Source: Pyrodictiaceae archaeon
Lineage (GTDB): Archaea > Thermoproteota > Thermoprotei_A > Sulfolobales > Pyrodictiaceae
Reading direction: 5' to 3'
Assembly: GCA_027036135.1 (NCBI GenBank)
Contig: JALVSY010000007.1
Coordinates: 996,880 to 1,060,879 of the forward strand
DNA length: 64,000 nt
Below, piece after piece: positions 56,380-64,000 of this stretch. Every line of letters starts with the position of its first letter. Positions within the stretch are counted from its first letter, which is position 1. Under the pieces are notes generated by a model, which was not told where the DNA came from, did no database searches, and worked only from the letters and a program-made list of their open reading frames with translations. Both the position numbers and the translations under genes were made by a program.

Positions 56380-57741
56380 ATGTGCGGCATAGCTGCCTGG
56401 ATGGGCGAGCTCCCCTACTATAATCTCTACCAGCTTCTCCTAGAACAACAGCACAGAGGACATGATGCAGCCGGCATAGCGATACGATATCGTAGTGATC
56501 TAAGAGTTTTTGGCGGCGGAGGTTATGTATGGAAGGCATTACCTGAGCCAGAAAGCATTAGCCTTGAGTCCAAGCTGGGTATAGGCCACGTAAGGTACTC
56601 AACTAGCGGCGGTTATGACGAGGTATATCAACCAGTCCTATCAAATAACAGGACCATAGCCCTCGCGTTTAACGGTAACATATACAACTATGTGGAGGCA
56701 AGCAAAGAGATTCTAGGAGACAGGAAAAGCTATGACTGGGATGCAGCAGCCTTTGCGGACCTAATCGAGCACTACTATGGTGAGACCCGTAGCCTCATCG
56801 AAGCAGTAAGAGAGACAGCTAAGCTGGTCAAGGGAGCCTATAGTCTCGTTGTCATCAGCTCGAAGGGGGAACTAGTTGCGGCAAGAGACCCCCATGGTAT
56901 AAGGCCTCTCGCAGTTAGCATTAATGACGAAGTAGTGGCAGTTGCCTCTGAGACCGCTGCTCTAGGAGCACTGGGTCTCAATTGGGCTGAGCTACCTAGA
57001 TCCGGGGCACTATATTGCCAGGGGTCTCCTAGAAATTGCTATACAGATAGTATTGCTTCGGCGAAGCCTCCGCGGCCGTGTGTGTTCGAGTACATATACT
57101 TCCTTCGCCCAGACAGCGTCTTTGAGGGAGTGGTTGCCCACGAAGCTCGTAAGAGAATGGGGATGCTTCTTGCCAGGATAGATGATGTAGTAGTTGACCT
57201 TGTTGTCCCGGTACCCGATAGTGGTAGGAGCGCTGCAATAGGTTACGCGATCGAGAAAGGGGTACCACTAGACGAGGGTCTCTATCGTAACCGGTTTGTT
57301 GGTAGAGCATTCATATCCTCACCATCAATTAGGAAGAGACGCTTACTGAGAAAGTTCTCGCCAATACCAAGCACTATCCGTGGCAGGCGTGTGGCAATAG
57401 TTGATGACTCAATAGTGCGTGGAGATACCTCGCGCTGGATAACAAGGCTAGCCCGCGCAAGTGGTGCAAGAGAAGTTCACTTCCGTAGCGCTTCCCCTCC
57501 GCTCCGCTATCCATGCTTCTTCGGAATAGATATCCCGAGTAGAGACGAGCTAATAGCCAGCAAGCACAGCGTTGAGGAGATCCGTAGAATTATCGGAGCC
57601 GACACGCTCCTATACAATACCGTTGAGAACCTCGTGAAAGCAATAGGCAAGCCGGTTTGCCTAGGATGTTTTACTTCGAAGTACCCATATCCTCTCCACT
57701 TACAACTCCTTGAGCAAAGATTCGTCTCAGGCAGAAGGTGA
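56380..57741 (+). CDS. purF: Amidophosphoribosyltransferase (catalytic Cys1, Fe-S type)
   Basis: MCG start, QHRG, GHVRYST, CVFEYIYF, VDDSIVRGDT, PCFFGID, CLGC. Confidence 0.95.
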   Translation: MCGIAAWMGELPYYNLYQLLLEQQHRGHDAAGIAIRYRSDLRVFGGGGYVWKALPEPESISLESKLGIGHVRYSTSGGYDEVYQPVLSNNRTIALAFNGNIYNYVEASKEILGDRKSYDWDAAAFADLIEHYYGETRSLIEAVRETAKLVKGAYSLVVISSKGELVAARDPHGIRPLAVSINDEVVAVASETAALGALGLNWAELPRSGALYCQGSPRNCYTDSIASAKPPRPCVFEYIYFLRPDSVFEGVVAHEARKRMGMLLARIDDVVVDLVVPVPDSGRSAAIGYAIEKGVPLDEGLYRNRFVGRAFISSPSIRKRRLLRKFSPIPSTIRGRRVAIVDDSIVRGDTSRWITRLARASGAREVHFRSASPPLRYPCFFGIDIPSRDELIASKHSVEEIRRIIGADTLLYNTVENLVKAIGKPVCLGCFTSKYPYPLHLQLLEQRFVSGRR

Positions 57742-57750
57742 TAAGGAGGG

Positions 57751-58959
57751 ATGGGTCTCTTACTGACATACTTCTATGAGATAGACCAAGACGCCGGGAA
57801 ATACGCCTACTATGGAGTAATGGGTCTACGTCATAGAGGATATAGAGTTGTTTACGCTGTTCTAGGCCCCAATGGGTTTGAGATAGGGGAAGCGAATCCT
57901 TGGAGCGAGTGGGGACTTCCAAGCGGCTACGCAGTTATTGCTGGAATATCTCCGACAGCTAGGCTGGCTACATCGAGGCATAATGGTAGACGCGTAGTAG
58001 CGATAATCGATGGGCCCTGCCCCGTAGAGAAGCTTGCAGAAACAATGGCTAAGAATGATCTACGCGATGTAGCTGAGGAGCTAGTAAGCGGCGATGAGTA
58101 TCGGTGGTGCGCTGCAATAGCTCTCCGCAGCGATGGAGCGTTTATCGCTGGCCGTGGAAAGGAGAGCAGAAGGCCACTAAGCATAGGAGGCTATGGCTTT
58201 GAAGCATTATATGCAGCTACGGAGACAGCACCAATAATCCTCATGGGTGGCTCCCCGAGATACGATCTTGGCGGCGGAGAGGCTGTCTATGGTGATCGCT
58301 ACAGCCTTGACCGTGTACATGTACCGGGACGGCGGAGAACCTCCCTCTTCGAGTACGTCTACCTAGCTAGACCCGATAGCTTGGTTGACGGGGTTAGTGT
58401 CTATGCCTTTAGGAGAGAGATGGGTAGGCAACTAGCCCTTATACATGACGCTGACGTGGATGTAGTGGTTGGTGTGCCTGAGACAGCAATACCCTATGCA
58501 ATAGGATACGCTGAGGCAAAACACGTGAGGTTGGAACAAGGATTTGTCTCAACGCTTGGCCGTGTACGTACAGCCTTAGCGCCAGTAAGCCTAGAGGAGC
58601 GCCTTATGATGCTCAGCCTCAAGCTTAACCCGGTGCCAGGGATATTTGAGGATAAGTCAATAGCCATAGTGGATGATAGCGTCGTTACTGGTTTGACTCT
58701 GAAGACCGTTATCCAGCGACTAAGACGCCTCCATGGTGCAAGGGAGGTACACGTAGCCGTCTCTAGTCCAAGGATAATATCTAGATGTAGGTTCGGTGTA
58801 CAATTAGTTGATGAGAGTAGCCTTATAGCGCGATACCTGTCCGACGAGGATGTCTCACGCGTCCTTGATGCTGATAGCCTAGTCTGGCTTCCCTTGAGGG
58901 AAGCTGTTCGCTTCCTCAGAGAGCATGGAGTAGAGCCCTGTACGGAGTGTATGAGGTGA
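57751..58959 (+). CDS. PurF-like paralogue lacking the N-terminal catalytic Cys
   Basis: Starts MGLLL; LRHRG, FEYVYLARPDS, VDDSVVTGLT, CRFG, CTEC. Confidence 0.88.
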   Translation: MGLLLTYFYEIDQDAGKYAYYGVMGLRHRGYRVVYAVLGPNGFEIGEANPWSEWGLPSGYAVIAGISPTARLATSRHNGRRVVAIIDGPCPVEKLAETMAKNDLRDVAEELVSGDEYRWCAAIALRSDGAFIAGRGKESRRPLSIGGYGFEALYAATETAPIILMGGSPRYDLGGGEAVYGDRYSLDRVHVPGRRRTSLFEYVYLARPDSLVDGVSVYAFRREMGRQLALIHDADVDVVVGVPETAIPYAIGYAEAKHVRLEQGFVSTLGRVRTALAPVSLEERLMMLSLKLNPVPGIFEDKSIAIVDDSVVTGLTLKTVIQRLRRLHGAREVHVAVSSPRIISRCRFGVQLVDESSLIARYLSDEDVSRVLDADSLVWLPLREAVRFLREHGVEPCTECMR

Positions 58960-60452
58960 GACCTTCCTTGCCCCGCGTCTTGCTTGTGGGAAGTGGTGCT
59001 AGGGAGCACGCAATCGCCCTCCTCCTAGCGGGTAGCCCAGAGGAGCCAGAGATAGCAGCAGTAATGGATCACTTTAACCCAGGCATTGCCGAGGTAGCTG
59101 AGAAGACTGGAGGCAGGGTATACTTAGCTAAGACAACTAGTGCTGATAGCGTCCTATTAGTAGCGGAGGAGTACTCGCCAGACCTGGTAGTCGTAGGGCC
59201 CGAGGAGCCCCTCTTCGCTGGAATTGCTAACAAGCTACGGGAGAAGGGATTCACCGTCTTTGGCCCGGACAAGGAGCTTGCCAGAATAGAGAAAGACAAG
59301 GTGTTCGCAAGAAGCCTTATGTGGAGACACGGTATCCCGGGAAGACTGCGTTACAAAGCCTTCCGCGACCCAGAGGAAGCATCTAAGTATGCACGCGTTG
59401 CAGGAGACGTTGTCGTCAAGCCTGCTCGCCAAGCTGGAGGAAGTGGTGTAAGAATATTCGCTGAGCCATACGAGCACCTCTCCAAGCTAGCAAGGAGCGT
59501 TGCATCAGAGTACGTCAGCGCAGTGGCGGAGAAAGTCAAGGCAAAGTACAGCGACATGGATTACTTAGTCTTAGTAGAGGAGCGCGTAGACGGCGTAGAG
59601 TACACGGTAATGACCGTTACAGACGGCGACAGCGTCGTAGCACTACCTGTTGTACAAGATCATCCACACGTCTATCCCTTCGACATAGGCCCTGAGACTG
59701 GCGGGATGGGGGCAATAGCCGGGCCTTGCTGGACTCTCCCATTTATAACGGAGGAAGAGTACAGTGAGAGCATAGAAATCATTAGAAAGACCATTGATGC
59801 GTTACGTAGTGAGATAGGCAAGCCATATGTTGGCGCACTTAGCGGCCAGATGATGCTCACTGGTTTCTGGGGCCCGACACTCATAGAGTATTATTCGCGA
59901 TTCGGTGACCCAGAGATATCAGCGCTACTATTCCTCCTAGAGAGTAGCTTCCTGGAGCTCTTGGATAGGGCTGCTTCCCGTAGACTAGCGGGATATAAGC
60001 TCTCAATAAAGTGCGACCAATACGTCGTTGTAAAAGCAGTTGCGCCCTCCGGTTATCCTCTCGAGAGAGCTAGGGCAAGAGGTCACCCGGTCGCAGTAGA
60101 TAAAGACATTGTTGAGAAGCTTGGCTGCGAGCTACTCTACGGCGGCGTTGATAAGAATAGTACCGGAGACCTGGTCTCAACAGGCTCTAGGCTCGCAGAG
60201 ATAGTATGTCCTAGCGACAAGGGCTTCGAGGATGCATCAAAGCGAGCTGAGAAAGCCATAGCTGGCATCTGGCTTAGGGATGGCCATCCGCTTATCCATC
60301 GCTGGGACATAGGCTCGCGAGTCCTCCTCGAGCAAAGAGTTGCTATGGCTCGCCGGGCCCGGATATCCTATACTCGTCGCCGCGAAAAGGGACTCATGGC
60401 TATTTATGACTGGGTTCCTGGTCAAGGCTTAGTCAAATACAACTATGAGTGA
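58947..60452 (+). CDS. purD: Phosphoribosylamine-glycine ligase
   Basis: LLVGSGAREHA, VGPEEPL, GPETGGMG, RFGDPE. Confidence 0.95.
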   Translation: MYEVRPSLPRVLLVGSGAREHAIALLLAGSPEEPEIAAVMDHFNPGIAEVAEKTGGRVYLAKTTSADSVLLVAEEYSPDLVVVGPEEPLFAGIANKLREKGFTVFGPDKELARIEKDKVFARSLMWRHGIPGRLRYKAFRDPEEASKYARVAGDVVVKPARQAGGSGVRIFAEPYEHLSKLARSVASEYVSAVAEKVKAKYSDMDYLVLVEERVDGVEYTVMTVTDGDSVVALPVVQDHPHVYPFDIGPETGGMGAIAGPCWTLPFITEEEYSESIEIIRKTIDALRSEIGKPYVGALSGQMMLTGFWGPTLIEYYSRFGDPEISALLFLLESSFLELLDRAASRRLAGYKLSIKCDQYVVVKAVAPSGYPLERARARGHPVAVDKDIVEKLGCELLYGGVDKNSTGDLVSTGSRLAEIVCPSDKGFEDASKRAEKAIAGIWLRDGHPLIHRWDIGSRVLLEQRVAMARRARISYTRRREKGLMAIYDWVPGQGLVKYNYE

Positions 60453-60483
60453 TGTTTTATCTATAGAACCCATATAGTCTCGG

Positions 60484-61734
60484 GTGATTGAAATGGGTAT
60501 ACCTAAGCCAATGAAGCATTTGCCTAGCCCTGTGGGCCCTGAGTCGGCAAAGATACTACTATTGGGAGGAGGAGAGCTAGGCAAAGAGGTGGCAATAGAG
60601 GCTCATCGCCTCGGGCTAGAGGTCATAGTAGTTGATAGGTATGATTGGGCACCTGCGATGCATGTAGCACATAGGAGATACGTTGTAGATATGCTCAACT
60701 ACGAGGCCGTGAAGAGTATTGCTGAGAAAGAGAAGCCGCTTGCCATAATACCCGAGATAGAGGCAATCAATACAAGTGCTCTAGCCTATCTCGAGGAAAG
60801 AGGCTACCACGTTGTACCAAACGCTGAGGCCGTGCGTATAGCCATGAACCGTATAGAGCTTAGACGCTTCGCAGCAGAGAAACTAGGTCTACCCACAACC
60901 AGGTACGCTTTTGCCTCAAACGAGGAGGAGGCTTATGAGGCATGCGAGAAGGTGGGATACCCTTGCCTCATTAAGCCCGAGATGAGCAGCAGCGGGCATG
61001 GCCATGTAAAAGTAGTGGAGCCATCAAGGCGCAGCGTCTACGAGGCTTACCGCGAATCAATAAGCCATGCACGCGGAGCGAGTAAGAGGGTTATTGTTGA
61101 GGAGTTCGTGGAGCTCGAGACAGAGTTCACCGTGCTAGCCTATCGCTGGGTTGACTGCAACGGGAAGCCTAGAACGGATACAATGGAGCCTATCGAGCAT
61201 TGGCGTTACGGCGAGTACCACTACATAGAGTCCTGGCAGCCATCCACAAGGCCCAGCTCGGTACTCGAGGAGGCTAAGAGAATCGCTGCCAGGGTTGCAG
61301 AGAGGCTTGGAGGCGTAGGCGTCTTTGGAGCAGAACTTTTCCTCGCTAAAGACGGAAGACTATTGTTTAGCGAGGTAGCGCCTCGTCCACACGATACGGG
61401 ATTAGTTACTCTTGTTAGTCAGGACCTTAGCGAGTTCGCGGTACACGTTAGGGCGTCAATAGGGCTCCCAGTACCAGAGGTAAGAGTACTAACGCCGGCA
61501 GCAAGCCTAGCAATATACACCGACTTGGACAACGAGTGGTATCCTAGGCTCACTGGAGTCTACGACGCGTTGACTAAACATGGCGTCCACCTCCGCTGGT
61601 TTGGGAAGCCCTATACTTACCGAGGAAGAAGAATGGCCGTTCTCCTAGCGAGAGGCGATAGCGTCGATGAGGCACGGAGAATAGTTCACGAGGCAGCTAA
61701 AAACCTCAAGGTGGTGTCAAGGAGCAATGAGTAG
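60484..61734 (+). CDS. purT: Formate-dependent GAR transformylase
   Basis: LLGGGELGKEV, PEIEAI, MSSSGHG, SEVAPRPHDTG, RRMAV. Confidence 0.95.
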   Translation: MIEMGIPKPMKHLPSPVGPESAKILLLGGGELGKEVAIEAHRLGLEVIVVDRYDWAPAMHVAHRRYVVDMLNYEAVKSIAEKEKPLAIIPEIEAINTSALAYLEERGYHVVPNAEAVRIAMNRIELRRFAAEKLGLPTTRYAFASNEEEAYEACEKVGYPCLIKPEMSSSGHGHVKVVEPSRRSVYEAYRESISHARGASKRVIVEEFVELETEFTVLAYRWVDCNGKPRTDTMEPIEHWRYGEYHYIESWQPSTRPSSVLEEAKRIAARVAERLGGVGVFGAELFLAKDGRLLFSEVAPRPHDTGLVTLVSQDLSEFAVHVRASIGLPVPEVRVLTPAASLAIYTDLDNEWYPRLTGVYDALTKHGVHLRWFGKPYTYRGRRMAVLLARGDSVDEARRIVHEAAKNLKVVSRSNE

Positions 61735-62758
61735 CGAGACTTGGAGCTATAAGCGAGCTGGCATCGACCTAGATAAGCATAGCTTGATGCACGACCAAGC
61801 GCTAAGAGCCATAGAAAATGTTGCAGCGCACCTAGGGGTAAGGATAGGTGGGCTTGGCGGCTATGCGGCTTGGCTCCGATTAGGTAATCGGAGAATAGCA
61901 CTGCACATGGATGGCGTCGGTACAAAGACCCTGGTACTCGAGAGCACGGGTAAGCTCTGGGTCGCAGGATGGGACTGCGTAGCTATGAACGTAAACGACC
62001 TAGCTGTTGCAGGGTTTAGGCCCCTAGCTCTCGTAGACTATGTAGCCATGCCTAGTAGCGACGAGGAAGCCTTCGCGGAGATTATCCGAGGCCTCGCTGA
62101 GGCCTCGAAGAAGGCTCATGTAGCAATACTTGGTGGGGAGACAGCGATACTACCAGACCTAGCGAGGGGAATAGATGTTGTCTGTACTGTACTAGGAGAA
62201 GCACTTAGCACAGACTATCGTGGCCAAGCGGAGCCAGGCGATGTACTTATAGGTGTTGAGAGCAACGGGCTACACGCCAACGGGTACACATTGGCTAGGA
62301 AGATCCTAGAGCAGCGCTTCGGAGACTACAAGGCCACTTACAAGGGCATCAACTTCGGAGAGGAGCTATCCAGGCCTACATACATCTACTCGAACCTAGT
62401 AATTGAGGCTATAGAGAAGGGACTTATCCATGCAGCTGCCCACATAACTGGTGGCGCATATACCAAGCTACGTAGAATACTCGGAGAAAACACGTACGCG
62501 GAGATAAACGCCCCAAAGCCTCCCCGCGTCTTCCAAGCACTTATGGAGCTAGGCAACATAGAGTCGGAGGAGATGTACCGCGTCTTCAACATGGGTATAG
62601 GCCTAATCTTTTCATCGCCTCCCGATAAAGTACCCAGGCTCAAACAAGTAATCAAGGAGCATGGGTTCAGACATTTTCTCATAGGTAGTGTTCGTACAGG
62701 CTCGCCTAGAATAATAATTAATACCCCTTGGGGCGAAAGAATTGAGTACAAGATATGA
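61727..62758 (+). CDS. purM: AIR synthetase
   Basis: YKRAGID, DGVGTK, AMNVND, GGETA, GLHANG, HITGG, VFNMGIG. Confidence 0.96.
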   Translation: MSSETWSYKRAGIDLDKHSLMHDQALRAIENVAAHLGVRIGGLGGYAAWLRLGNRRIALHMDGVGTKTLVLESTGKLWVAGWDCVAMNVNDLAVAGFRPLALVDYVAMPSSDEEAFAEIIRGLAEASKKAHVAILGGETAILPDLARGIDVVCTVLGEALSTDYRGQAEPGDVLIGVESNGLHANGYTLARKILEQRFGDYKATYKGINFGEELSRPTYIYSNLVIEAIEKGLIHAAAHITGGAYTKLRRILGENTYAEINAPKPPRVFQALMELGNIESEEMYRVFNMGIGLIFSSPPDKVPRLKQVIKEHGFRHFLIGSVRTGSPRIIINTPWGERIEYKI

Positions 62759-63851
62759 TCCAGAAGAACTACTTAGGGGCTATGACTACTCATCACTAAG
62801 CATAGCTGCTATCGCGAGCCACTCTGCTCTCGACGTCTTTGATGGGGCGAAAGACGAGGCATTCTATACTATAGCTATTTGTCAGAGGGGGCGGGAGAAA
62901 CCCTACACGAGGTTCAAGAGAGTAGTCGATAAAGTGATTGTGCTGGAGAGGTTCAAAGACGTACTGAGAGAAGAGAACATCGAGTTCCTACGGAAAAGAA
63001 GCGCAATAATGGTGCCCAATAGGAGCTTTGCGGTCTACGTCGGCTATGACGATATCGAGAAGAGCTTCCCCGTCCCTATATTTGGTAACCGCTACCTCCT
63101 ACGCTACGAGGAGCGAACAAGTGAAAAGAACTACTACAAGCTACTCGACACGGCGGGAATAAGGAGGCCCAAGACATTCCGAAACCCGGATGAGATAGAT
63201 CGCCCAGTTCTCGTAAAGATGCCCCACGCCCGTAAACGTGTCGAGAGGGGCTTCTTCGTAGCACTAGATAGAGACGATTTCTGGAAGAAATTCCACCAGC
63301 TTGAGAGAGACGGCGTCGTGCGGAGAGAAGACCTAAGGAGTGCATCAATAGAAGAGCTAATCATTGGAGCCCACTTCAACGTAAACTACTTCCATAGTAT
63401 TGCTAGAAAGGATACAGAAATACTCAGCATTGATAGAAGGATACAGACAAACCTTGACGGTTTCTTACGCTTAACAGCCGATACTCAACTCGAGTTGCTC
63501 AAAATAATGGACGTAGAGTACATAGAGATAGGCCATGAACCGGCCACGATAAGAGAGAGAATGCTAACAAAGCTATTCGAAATAGGCGATGCCTTTGTAG
63601 AAGCAACAAAGAGGTTAGAACCACCTGGGATCATAGGCCCCTTCACGCTACAACTAATGGTTACACCCGACCTAGATGTGGTAGTGTTCGATGTCGCGAC
63701 ACGGATAGGAGGCGGTACAAACATATACATGGGGATTGGTAGCCAGTACAGCAAGCTCTACTTCGGGAAACCAATCAGCATGGGTAGGAGAATAGCACTA
63801 GAGATACACATGTGCCTCGAAAGAGACTGCTTAGACAAGATAATTACCTAG
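62742..63851 (+). CDS. purP: AICAR-formate ligase family (PurP)
   Basis: IASHSALD..DGAKDE, VPNRSF, ERGFF, GHEPATIRE, IGPFTLQ, RIGGGT, SMGRRIA. Confidence 0.92.
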   Translation: MSTRYDPEELLRGYDYSSLSIAAIASHSALDVFDGAKDEAFYTIAICQRGREKPYTRFKRVVDKVIVLERFKDVLREENIEFLRKRSAIMVPNRSFAVYVGYDDIEKSFPVPIFGNRYLLRYEERTSEKNYYKLLDTAGIRRPKTFRNPDEIDRPVLVKMPHARKRVERGFFVALDRDDFWKKFHQLERDGVVRREDLRSASIEELIIGAHFNVNYFHSIARKDTEILSIDRRIQTNLDGFLRLTADTQLELLKIMDVEYIEIGHEPATIRERMLTKLFEIGDAFVEATKRLEPPGIIGPFTLQLMVTPDLDVVVFDVATRIGGGTNIYMGIGSQYSKLYFGKPISMGRRIALEIHMCLERDCLDKIIT

Positions 63852-63877
63852 CATAACCAGCCAAGAGGGCTGGGAGC

Positions 63878-64000
63878 ATGCAGTGCAGGGATGCACGCGT
63901 TGCCATTGTGATAGGGAGCCAAAAGGATATTGAGTACGCCGAAAAGGCAGCAACCATACTAAGGAACAGCAACGTATCTGTTGAGGTGAGAGTACTAAGT
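63878..64000 (+). CDS. purE: AIR carboxylase/N5-CAIR mutase, N-terminal part (truncated by window end)
   Basis: MQCRDARVAIVIGSQKDIEYAEKAATILRNSNVSVEVRVLS matches the PurE N-terminus (canonical ...VxSAHR follows). Confidence 0.85.
   Translation, partial: MQCRDARVAIVIGSQKDIEYAEKAATILRNSNVSVEVRVLS

Overview
64 kb of a hyperthermophilic crenarchaeal chromosome. The Desulfurococcales/Pyrodictiaceae-like assignment is inferred from Alba, RadA, topoisomerase VI, a structural splicing-endonuclease subunit, DUF2153 and many C/D sRNAs. The left ~38 kb holds housekeeping genes (hisS, endA, mtnA, top6BA, deoC, glmS, thrS, radA, lhr), an AT-rich type IV pilus cassette and a separate prepilin peptidase. 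It also holds a cell-envelope locus: a 1352-aa Cys-rich Ig-repeat protein resembling the thaumarchaeal-type S-layer protein, a coiled-coil SlaB-like stalk, a divergent 663-aa pilin-like protein and two paralogous RHH proteins. The GC-richer right part holds acdA, upp, mobA, a tungsten AOR with a GG-less MoaD-like neighbour, an aminotransferase-fold protein lacking the PLP lysine, two frameshifted genes, and a large de novo purine cluster with an HTH-PRT regulator and an 18-bp perfect palindrome. Eight intergenic C/D-box sRNA candidates, not part of the ORF track, were found by eye; several have guides matching conserved rRNA sites. No tRNA, rRNA, CRISPR array or transposase was seen. All homology calls come from motif recognition, not database searches.
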